A DNA stretch of 26,400 bases from a virus (lineage: Duplodnaviria; Caudoviricetes), in IMG/VR virus record IMGVR_UViG_3300002307_000199, positions 1-26,400 of that record. One strand, given 5' to 3'. A model generated the notes under the pieces. It was not told where the DNA came from. It made no database searches and worked only from the letters and a program-made list of their open reading frames with translations. Positions within the stretch are counted from its first letter, which is position 1, and every line of letters begins with the position of its first letter. Position numbers and translations under genes: made by a program. Shown here in pieces: positions 17,636 through 25,423 of the stretch.

Positions 17636-20600
17636 TATTTGTTCCTTATTAAGGCTAATCTCATTTCATCAAGGGAAACAACTTTGCCACCCTTTTTCTT
17701 AAATAATTCTAATTGCGTACTTGGAATTCTACTACCACCCACTTCTATTGGGCGTAAAGCAACCGTTGGTTTAGCCTTTTCAGGTGGTTGATACGGCAAT
17801 TTAACAGGCTCTCTACCCAAACGCTCGTTAACGCTTTGTGTTGCAGGATTCTTGGGTTTAGATGTTAATTCTTTGTATAAAGCTTCGAATTCAGGTGTTG
17901 GAAACTTCTTGGCTTCACCACCTTCAGCCATTTTTACAACGCCACCTTTTTTATATGGTTCTTCAGGCTCAACTAAACCTTTAAAAGCAGTTTCAGGCAT
18001 TCGTAATTGATGAGATACAGATTCTGTTTCACCGTTTGGGGTAAATTCATGTTTAACGACATATCCAACGTGTTCTTCTTCTCTTAAAGGAGCGCCATTC
18101 TCATCTCGCAAAAATTTACCTGTTGTAGGGTCACGCAAAATACTACCAAATTTTCCACCCAAAATACGTTTACCAACAATTTCATAGGGAGGGTAATTGT
18201 TTTTAGCAGTCCAATCAGTAAATACTCTATCACCTACATTGTATTTAAAATTTGCTTGGGCTATTTTGTTTGCCGTTTCTTTTGCTCTAGCACGAATTTC
18301 ATCACTCAAAGATGTGTGATAATCTTGCAAAGTTAATAAATCTTTATTAGCAAGTTGTCCAACTTTTCCTGAAGATGCTGTTTTAATAGCGTTTTGAGTA
18401 GCTTTTTTAATTATTGAGCCACCACCTGCCATCTTAACAACGCCACCATCTTTATAGGGCAATCCACCTAATATTTTTTTCTTGGCTTCTTCGGATGGTT
18501 CGTAGTAATAAACTTTTTTGGTTGCACCTTTCATCTCTTTTATTTGAGTATCTTGAGGAACTAAACCATTACTCTTTAGTCCCCAAATATTTCTTTGGGC
18601 ATCTCTCATTGTTCCAAATTCTTTACTATGTACCAAATCACCATTTTCATCTACTAAACGAAATACTGATTGCCCTGTTTCAATCTCAGTTTCACCGACA
18701 TGACCACCGTATTTATTGGCAAACTTTTTTAAGTAAGAAAGATATTTTTTATCGTACCATTCATTCATGCCCTCGCCACCAACACGAAGGTCTAAGCCTG
18801 AATATGAATGCATATTTCCTGATTTGTTTGCAAAATCATCTTTAATTTTTTTAGCCATATCTTTACCGACATGGTCTTCTAGGTCTTTTAAATCACGCAT
18901 ATATTTAGTTACATTTTGACCACTATGCGTTTTTGCAACCAACTCAAACCCTAGGTCACGCATTTCACTAGGGTTTCTTGTAATGTCAATATTACTAAAA
19001 TGTTTTTCAAGGTTGTATCTATCAGCTACTGTTTGACCTTTAGGCAAATACAATCTATCATCGTCTGTATCCAATATCAAATGTTGGATGGCTTTTTTCA
19101 AACCAATTTCATACCAATTATCTTTATATGGTGCATCAGGAACTGAACCCTTAGGTATATTTGGTTTTCCTTTTTTCAGCAATTCTTCTGCTTGCTCTTT
19201 AGTAAATGCACTATATATTGTTCCATCTTCCCATTTAACTTTGTATGTAGGTGGGCTTCTTTCCATAGTTCCTGCTTTAAATGTAGTAGAAGGAACTTCT
19301 GAAATTTCCCCTTTTAGGGATGTGGGGTTTTTTGGAATATAGCCTTTTTCTCGACCTTTTTGATGCCAATCAGACTGTAACTCATCGAGCAACATACCTC
19401 TCTTGCCTTCTGTATCTGTACGAGTATCCATGCGAAGAATAGCCATAATATTTTCTTCATCAGGAAAATGATTCCATTCTTTAAACGGTTCTCCCTGTGC
19501 TAATCTAGCTATTTCATGGCGTTGTTCCATGGGCAACGAAGCAAAATCTTTAGCGCCCAAACGCCTTGCTATATCATCATACCCTTTATGACCTCTTGCT
19601 TTAAGCTCACTAGGATATTGTAATAAAATTTCATGATAGCCCTCGCCACCTGGTGTTCTAAATTGGTCTTCAAATTTAGCAAGATTATCTGAATAATCCC
19701 CACCTAATTCAATTTCTTTAAAAACAGGTCGATTACGCTCTGCATATCCAACAACATCTTCTTTTGTTAGTTTTGGATTGTTCTTTAAAAACTCATCCAT
19801 GCCTGTTGCTTCTAATTCATCGGGCTTTACACCCAACCTTAATAAATCGTTCTTAAAAGCCTGTCCGTTGCCTTGCTTGCGCTGTATGTTCTTGGCTTCC
19901 TTCTCTAACTTAGAATAAAAGCCAAATTTATCTTTAGGGGAAAACCCTGATACATCTTTGATGGACATCCCTACAGGAGCATTCACACCTTTCTTCATAA
20001 GTGCTTTTGTTCCTGCACCAATAATTGGCTCTAACCCATGTAATTCAGGTAGGATTGCAGGCAATTTTGTTGCTTCTAAACCTTTGCCGATGGATTCAAG
20101 ATAATCTAATCCTTCTTTGCTTCTAGGAATGTAGGTGTACTCATTCATTACATCTTCAAAGTTTTGATTGAAATCGCGACCACCCAACCCTTTAGCAAAT
20201 GCATACGGCAAGCCTGCCATAAATGCCCCTGCACTTGTTCCAATAGTTGTTCCTGCTTCTACCGCTCCTGCAAATTTGTCCCCAAAGCTTGATGGCTTTT
20301 CTTCTTTAGGAAGGTTGTCATAGTCTATAGGAGTCATACCACCTGACTGTGGTGCGTTATCCCCAGGGGGTAATGCTTCTAAAGCATTCTTTACAATCGC
20401 TCCTGTAATAGGGTCACGATATGGCTCACTTTGTGGCATGGGGGACATATTCTGCTTAGAAAGCTCATAGAGCATTTCATCTTGGCTTGGAATAGTAGCA
20501 CCCATGGGGTCGGTATAAATAGGCTCAGGCTCGTATCTTACGCCCTCTATGGTTACTGTAGGCTTACCACCTTCTGCAAGGTTTTGAACTTGTCCGCCAT

Positions 20601-21765
20601 CTTTGTAACTACCTTCTTTAATCGATTTGTTTTGTACTTCTTGTGCTTTTTTTACTCTTTCTAACCATTCCTCATCAAACTTTTGAATAGGAATACTCAT
20701 TGATAATGCTCTAAAATCTGAACTTTCAGGCTTGTTTAATGCTCGACGTATATCAAAATATTGTTGAAAAATATCATGCATTGGCAATGTTTGTTCTGCT
20801 TCACCTGCATATCCGCCTAATGTGGGATGACCTTGAATCACGCCTGTGTAACTATAATGTGGCTTGTCAGTTTCATAGGTTACAATTCCTTCAGGATTAA
20901 ATCTAGCAATGTTATGCCCTACTGTGGCGGTGGGTGCATCCATAATTCTTGGCTCTGTAGTCGCTGTCCTAGCTTCTGCAATACTTGGAAATTGCATATC
21001 CGCAAATTCATCCAAATTCATTTTATGCATGACATTTTTGCGAAGTTCGCCACCGTAATTCGATGTTTCTAATAATTGATAACGACCTTCAGGCGTTTCT
21101 ATTCCTGCAAAGTTTTTAAATGGATAAGTAATATTTTTGGTTTTTTGATTAACAACAGGATGATTTTGTACTGTGGTGTTAAATTCTTTAACTCTTTTTT
21201 TATCTAGCAATGTGGGGTCAAACTGATTTAACAAAACCTCCATTGGCTGATGGCTAAAATCTATGGCTTCATGGCTCATCAAATTAGATAAACCAAATAT
21301 CTTATCAGGGTCAACACCCTTCATTTTAGATGCCTCAATTATTTGTTTGCCATAACGCTCAGCAACATTGGGAAGTGATGCAAATGCTTCATTCCATCTT
21401 GTGTAATCAATTCCACCCTGTGTTGGGGCTTCTCTTATCAAGGGATTGCCACCAACTTCTTGAATTAATTTGCCCGCTCTCGACCTGTCAACCGTTAATG
21501 GAACTCCTGCCCCACCAAGCATATCTTCATATTTAATTGTTTTATTAGGAACTAATGGCATATTAGGGTCATCAACTGATTTGATGCCCATCTCTGAAAT
21601 AGGGCGTTTGAGTTTCTTGCCTCCACCAATAGGATGATATAAACCCATTTCAATGTTTTCAGCCTTGGTTGGCTTCTTAGCTTGCTTAGCACCTTGGACA
21701 ATCTTCTTGGGCTTGCTTTTAAGTGCAAGCTCTGCAGCCATCTGAGCAATCGAAAGTTTAGGCAT
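17635..21765 (-). CDS. Large modular (polyvalent-like) protein, 1376 aa, probably virion-packaged
   Basis: Long ORF between TerL and portal, TAATG-coupled to the portal; modules separated by YKxGG..AxGG linkers; ELQSDWHQ motif domain. Confidence 0.75.
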   Translation of the reverse strand: MPKLSIAQMAAELALKSKPKKIVQGAKQAKKPTKAENIEMGLYHPIGGGKKLKRPISEMGIKSVDDPNMPLVPNKTIKYEDMLGGAGVPLTVDRSRAGKLIQEVGGNPLIREAPTQGGIDYTRWNEAFASLPNVAERYGKQIIEASKMKGVDPDKIFGLSNLMSHEAIDFSHQPMEVLLNQFDPTLLDKKRVKEFNTTVQNHPVVNQKTKNITYPFKNFAGIETPEGRYQLLETSNYGGELRKNVMHKMNLDEFADMQFPSIAEARTATTEPRIMDAPTATVGHNIARFNPEGIVTYETDKPHYSYTGVIQGHPTLGGYAGEAEQTLPMHDIFQQYFDIRRALNKPESSDFRALSMSIPIQKFDEEWLERVKKAQEVQNKSIKEGSYKDGGQVQNLAEGGKPTVTIEGVRYEPEPIYTDPMGATIPSQDEMLYELSKQNMSPMPQSEPYRDPITGAIVKNALEALPPGDNAPQSGGMTPIDYDNLPKEEKPSSFGDKFAGAVEAGTTIGTSAGAFMAGLPYAFAKGLGGRDFNQNFEDVMNEYTYIPRSKEGLDYLESIGKGLEATKLPAILPELHGLEPIIGAGTKALMKKGVNAPVGMSIKDVSGFSPKDKFGFYSKLEKEAKNIQRKQGNGQAFKNDLLRLGVKPDELEATGMDEFLKNNPKLTKEDVVGYAERNRPVFKEIELGGDYSDNLAKFEDQFRTPGGEGYHEILLQYPSELKARGHKGYDDIARRLGAKDFASLPMEQRHEIARLAQGEPFKEWNHFPDEENIMAILRMDTRTDTEGKRGMLLDELQSDWHQKGREKGYIPKNPTSLKGEISEVPSTTFKAGTMERSPPTYKVKWEDGTIYSAFTKEQAEELLKKGKPNIPKGSVPDAPYKDNWYEIGLKKAIQHLILDTDDDRLYLPKGQTVADRYNLEKHFSNIDITRNPSEMRDLGFELVAKTHSGQNVTKYMRDLKDLEDHVGKDMAKKIKDDFANKSGNMHSYSGLDLRVGGEGMNEWYDKKYLSYLKKFANKYGGHVGETEIETGQSVFRLVDENGDLVHSKEFGTMRDAQRNIWGLKSNGLVPQDTQIKEMKGATKKVYYYEPSEEAKKKILGGLPYKDGGVVKMAGGGSIIKKATQNAIKTASSGKVGQLANKDLLTLQDYHTSLSDEIRARAKETANKIAQANFKYNVGDRVFTDWTAKNNYPPYEIVGKRILGGKFGSILRDPTTGKFLRDENGAPLREEEHVGYVVKHEFTPNGETESVSHQLRMPETAFKGLVEPEEPYKKGGVVKMAEGGEAKKFPTPEFEALYKELTSKPKNPATQSVNERLGREPVKLPYQPPEKAKPTVALRPIEVGGSRIPSTQLELFKKKGGKVVSLDEMRLALIRNK

Positions 21766-21791
21766 AGAATAACCCTACTGTTGTTTTACCT

Positions 21792-21820
21792 ATTATATAT
21801 ATAGGGCGTTACTTTGTCAC
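21792..21820 (-). promoter_or_regulatory. Sigma70-type promoter upstream of the modular protein/portal operon
   Basis: GTGACA-17 nt-TATAAT, 26 nt before the ATG at 21765. Confidence 0.6.
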
Positions 21821-22005
21821 ACCTTATTTTTTAAACTTCTTTTAAAGTCTAAAAATGACATTGGAACTTTTGTTGTTTTGCAATAGTCTCTGTATTTGTC
21901 ACAAAGAGAAACAGTCTTCATGGTTAACGCATAAGCAAGTTTATTGATAGGTACAGTAACATCGTTACTTCCTAATCCTGAACCTTGTGCTGATTGACGC
22001 TTCAT
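21817..22005 (-). CDS. Hypothetical protein (62 aa)
   Basis: ATG preceded by a G-rich RBS-like AAGGGTGGGG; fills the gap; no recognisable motif. Confidence 0.4.
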   Translation of the reverse strand: MKRQSAQGSGLGSNDVTVPINKLAYALTMKTVSLCDKYRDYCKTTKVPMSFLDFKRSLKNKV

Positions 22006-22166
22006 ACCCCACCCTTAAAAGAAAACAGAAAGTAGAAGAAAACTACAAATCCCCCCTACCCCCCATAAATCTTTTGAGAAGTAGCCCTGTTAATTCAGGA
22101 AAGATAAAAAGAAGACAAAAGAAAAAGAAAACAATTTATCATAAACAAGTTTTTACGTTTGTGCAA

Positions 22167-23588
22167 CTACACAGCATACGGATTTATCCTCTTTGGCTTT
22201 GTTTCATCAATGTACATGTCTGAGTCATCAGAAATGTAATCTACCGTTAGGAATCCCATATCCCTAAGTATCCTTAACGCTTGGGTCATGCTATCCACAT
22301 AATCATCGTTTCTTACTTCAGGGAAGGCACAGATTTGATTTAGGAAGGGTTCTACCCAATCCCTTACATGATTCTTGTTTACAGAGCTTTCAGGAAGGTA
22401 TACAAGCCCTTTAGCGATGATAGGGCTTACTAAGTTCAACCTAGCTGTTTTATCCGCCCTACCTGGGTTATACGACCTTACATTTAATCCTGCTCGTTGT
22501 AAATCTTGAATCAAGCTAATCCCTGCACTTTTGTCCTCAATCAACACTAAATCGGGTTTCTTACCATTGCCGAATTCATCAGGGTCGCCATACACAATCG
22601 TAGCCTCTTCAATCACTCTAGGGCGTAAATCAGGGTATTGCATATGTTCCGACCAACAATCAATCAACATAACGCTCATTGGTCGGTCTTGTGGCTTAAA
22701 TACGCCCCATACGGTACACGCAGTAGGGTCGTTTATGGTTTTATCACTTGTAGCACAATCGTAGCTTTGAACAACGTATTGGAATTGTGGCAAGGGCTTT
22801 TCGGCATCCCATAGCCTAAACATATTCCTTTTGATGATGCCCGACTCTTCAGGGTCAATAATCTCAGCGTTAATCTCTTGTCTGCCAATTGACGTACCTT
22901 CGTACTGCATAATCTGCTTCTTGAAGGTTGGGGCAAGGTTATCCAAGTTATCATAGGTTGTAGCCTTGGTGACAATAACATCTTCCCCATCACGGTTGGC
23001 AAGGTCAATAATCAATGGCTTTGGCTTGGGCGTTGTCGTGCAAATGAGGATAGGACGCTCTCCTAAGCGCATTCCAAACTGAATCATGTCCCACGCTTCG
23101 TCTAAATAATCCCAAGCGGCTAATTCATCGAGCCATCCACCACTAAACTGTGGACCTCGGAATCTATCAGGCTCACTTGCAGGAATGCCCTTAATAATGC
23201 TTCCATTAACTAAGGTAATCTCATTGTCACCAATATTATGCTTTTCGATGATTGAACGTGGCATGACGTTCAGTAAGCCACTTTCTCCCATGAAGCAAAC
23301 ATCCTTAACATCTGCAAACGTAGGGGCTGATACTAACCATCGTGTTTTGGGTTGTTCCCATGCTAAACGCCAAAGGTTCTCAGCAGCTGTTCTTGTCTTT
23401 CCTGCTCCCCTACCTGCCAAGAATAGCCATATGTTCCACCAATCGCCTTGAGGCATAATCTGATAGTCATGGCGTGTAAGTTCCCAATTCAGTTTACAAA
23501 TCGCTACCTCAGCCGTAACTAAATCAGCATTCTTTGCGATGAACTGAGCGTCTTCAAGAAGTTTCTGAAGATTGTCTGACTTTTTCAA
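22167..23588 (-). CDS. terL: Terminase large subunit
   Basis: Walker A AGRGAGKT, Walker B GWLDE, TTTP coupling motif, RNase H-like nuclease (SYDCA, IEDKSAG, DDYVDSMTQA). Confidence 0.95.
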   Translation of the reverse strand: MKKSDNLQKLLEDAQFIAKNADLVTAEVAICKLNWELTRHDYQIMPQGDWWNIWLFLAGRGAGKTRTAAENLWRLAWEQPKTRWLVSAPTFADVKDVCFMGESGLLNVMPRSIIEKHNIGDNEITLVNGSIIKGIPASEPDRFRGPQFSGGWLDELAAWDYLDEAWDMIQFGMRLGERPILICTTTPKPKPLIIDLANRDGEDVIVTKATTYDNLDNLAPTFKKQIMQYEGTSIGRQEINAEIIDPEESGIIKRNMFRLWDAEKPLPQFQYVVQSYDCATSDKTINDPTACTVWGVFKPQDRPMSVMLIDCWSEHMQYPDLRPRVIEEATIVYGDPDEFGNGKKPDLVLIEDKSAGISLIQDLQRAGLNVRSYNPGRADKTARLNLVSPIIAKGLVYLPESSVNKNHVRDWVEPFLNQICAFPEVRNDDYVDSMTQALRILRDMGFLTVDYISDDSDMYIDETKPKRINPYAV

Positions 23589-23883
23589 CGGTGTGGCTCA
23601 ATCGTTCTAATGCACTATTGATAATCTCTAACTTGATGTTTCCACCGTTCTCACCTGTCATCTCAATCGCTTGGTGTGGTCGTCCATCCAATCTATCAAA
23701 GAGTATATTAATAGCGTTTAAATTGCCTTCTTCTGCTTGCTTAAAGAGTTGTTTAGCCACTCGATGTAATAGTTCAGGCTCTTGTACTGTGATGCGTCGC
23801 AATACAGCAGCGAATGCACCTCTTACCTGTTGTGGCGTTTCAGCATTTAATGCTCGTGTGACGGTTTTTCGATGAACTGCCAT
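23554..23883 (-). CDS. Putative terminase small subunit
   Basis: 109 aa, helical, directly upstream of and overlapping TerL; GNLNAINILFDRLDGRPHQAIEMTGENGG tail is typical of TerS-position genes. Confidence 0.6.
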   Translation of the reverse strand: MAVHRKTVTRALNAETPQQVRGAFAAVLRRITVQEPELLHRVAKQLFKQAEEGNLNAINILFDRLDGRPHQAIEMTGENGGNIKLEIINSALERLSHTVEKVRQSSETS

Positions 23884-23892
23884 AATATTGCA

Positions 23893-23905
23893 TAAGCCTT
23901 TGATT
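23893..23905 (-). promoter_or_regulatory. IHF consensus site upstream of terS
   Basis: AATCAAAGGCTTA matches WATCAANNNNTTR exactly, with AT-rich DNA on its 5' side. Confidence 0.4.
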
Positions 23906-23953
23906 TCAATAGTTTATTTTCAAACGATTTGTTCTTATGCAGATTATACAACA

Positions 23954-23976
23954 GAAAAGGGACTTTGTGTCCCCTT
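23954..23976 (-). terminator. Intrinsic terminator of cassette 1
   Basis: GGGAC-ACAAA-GTCCC followed by TTTTCT, right after the stop at 23981. Confidence 0.6.
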
Positions 23977-23980
23977 ATTT

Positions 23981-24325
23981 TTAATCTGCTCTGCTTCCCA
24001 TACAAGCATCTATTCCATGCTTGTTTAATACTTCAGCAAAGGCTTGTGCGCCAATTTCTTTTAAATACATAGATTGTGTATGGTCATCAATAGGATTCCA
24101 AATGCTCCATCCTTTGCTCCAATGCTTACTACCCAAGCTTACTTTTTTAGCCCAATTAACAAATGGATGTCTGCCGTTAGGAATATGTACCCAAGCAAAG
24201 CCACAGTACAAAGGCTCGCCATGTTTAGCAAAATACTCGTCACGGGCTTTTTTGCCTGCAAGGTATGCCTCTTCATAGATGGCACGGAAAGGTGAATCTA
24301 AAGCGTCTAAGTTTAAGTTTTTCAA
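23981..24325 (-). CDS. Hypothetical phage protein (114 aa), cassette 1
   Basis: TTG start with AGAGGAG RBS; CGFAWV..QSMYLKE..AFAEVL..GI..SRAD. Confidence 0.8.
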   Translation of the reverse strand: MKNLNLDALDSPFRAIYEEAYLAGKKARDEYFAKHGEPLYCGFAWVHIPNGRHPFVNWAKKVSLGSKHWSKGWSIWNPIDDHTQSMYLKEIGAQAFAEVLNKHGIDACMGSRAD

Positions 24326-24332
24326 TTTACTG

Positions 24333-24412
24333 CTCCTCTAAAAAACCGAGCCAATCTCGGTATAAGTAAAACTATATAGATGTTTATCCATTTGTGCAAC
24401 AATTATTTTCTA
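24333..24412 (-). promoter_or_regulatory. Promoter-hairpin-RBS element, copy 1
   Basis: TTGCAC(24394-99)-17-TATAGT(24371-76), TTACTTAT, hairpin ACCGAG/CTCGGT, T-run, AGAGGAG. Confidence 0.75.
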
Positions 24413-24427
24413 AGTATTTACCCTAAT

Positions 24428-24450
24428 AAAAAAAGGGGATTGCCCCCTTT
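24428..24450 (-). terminator. Intrinsic terminator of cassette 2
   Basis: AAAGGGG-GCAAT-CCCC followed by TTTTTTT, right after the stop at 24452. Confidence 0.7.
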
Positions 24451-24451
24451 G

Positions 24452-24994
24452 TTATTTACTATTTCTACGCTTTACTTGGCGTGTTGGGAACTGATTGAAT
24501 GCCTTACCGTACTTGCTGTAGTTGGTAATGATTTGTGTGTTCCACACTTGCTTTTCGCCATCAGGCTTAATTACTACTAAGTAGCTGTCATACCATACAT
24601 TGTCGCTACCTAATTCAGCAGATACAACGTCGCCAACCTTTTTGTTTAACTTGAATACAAACGCTTCAAAGTCTTCGCCTGCATCTTTAGCAATTTGTTC
24701 TAAGTAGTAAGTAATGCTTGCTTCGTCTTTAACACGAATATCAGGGTCACTCATTCTGCAAGATGTTTTTGCTGATTTTGTGATTTCGCTGATAAAGTTG
24801 CGTGTGTTTTGATGGCGCATATATTGCTCACGAGTGCAATAAAATGGCTTTACAGGTGGATTTACAACGTCTGCATTCCAATCAGCTTCTTCCAATCTTT
24901 TTAACATACGGTTAACTTGGTCTTGGGCGAACTGTACTGCGGAATCAACCGCCTGTTGCTTGAGTGGTGCTACTGCTTGTGCGATTAAATTCAT
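24452..24994 (-). CDS. Hypothetical phage protein (180 aa), cassette 2
   Basis: ATG with AGAGGAG RBS; C-terminal WNTQIITNYSKYGKAFNQFPTR. Confidence 0.8.
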   Translation of the reverse strand: MNLIAQAVAPLKQQAVDSAVQFAQDQVNRMLKRLEEADWNADVVNPPVKPFYCTREQYMRHQNTRNFISEITKSAKTSCRMSDPDIRVKDEASITYYLEQIAKDAGEDFEAFVFKLNKKVGDVVSAELGSDNVWYDSYLVVIKPDGEKQVWNTQIITNYSKYGKAFNQFPTRQVKRRNSK

Positions 24995-25000
24995 TTTACT

Positions 25001-25088
25001 CTCCTCTAAAAAACCGCTTAATTACGGTATAAGTAAACTTTAACAAGGATTATCCACTTGTGCAAGTGTTTTTTACAATTATTTTCTA
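25001..25088 (-). promoter_or_regulatory. Promoter-hairpin-RBS element, copy 2
   Basis: TTGCAC(25060-65)-17-TAAAGT(25037-42), TTACTTAT, hairpin ACCGT/GCGGT, T-run, AGAGGAG. Confidence 0.75.
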
Positions 25089-25280
25089 GGGATAAACCCT
25101 AGGTTTCTTTTTTCTTTTGACGCAATCACCACATTGAAAGCGTTTACGGTTATTGGATTCTCGAATATGCCCATCCACAACCGACTTCGTGGTTTGACAA
25201 TCCATGCAAAATCTTTTCTTTGTTAAAGCAATTTCTGCTTCCCTTGCTAATTTACTTACATTCAACGCTTTTGCCACCAT
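25086..25280 (-). CDS. Small zinc-ribbon-like protein
   Basis: CMDC...CGDC pairs with a basic tail; start could be ATG 25280 or TTG 25265. Confidence 0.6.
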   Translation of the reverse strand: MVAKALNVSKLAREAEIALTKKRFCMDCQTTKSVVDGHIRESNNRKRFQCGDCVKRKKKPRVYP

Positions 25281-25423
25281 CTAATGATTTTCTTTCTGCC
25301 ATACTTTAAAACAAGCTTGTAGGCTTGGTAACGGTTAAATATGCCCCTACGGTATCTACTGTTCCTTCTTGACGCTTCTTGATGCGTTTTAGAGCGCCTA
25401 GGCTTGAGTTCTATAAAACGCAT
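25262..25423 (-). CDS. Small Arg/Lys-rich hypothetical protein (53 aa)
   Basis: Not in the ORF track; TAATG-coupled to the upstream gene and fills the gap; MRFIELKPRRSKTHQEASRRNSRYRRG...IIRWWQKR. Confidence 0.55.
   Translation of the reverse strand: MRFIELKPRRSKTHQEASRRNSRYRRGIFNRYQAYKLVLKYGRKKIIRWWQKR

Noticed and set aside
1111-24580. All plus-strand ORFs and short nested minus-strand ORFs in the track
   Set aside because: Nearly all are shadows of longer, motif-bearing minus-strand genes. The others (21987..22223, 24380..24580) overlap gene ends and regulatory DNA and have no convincing RBS.
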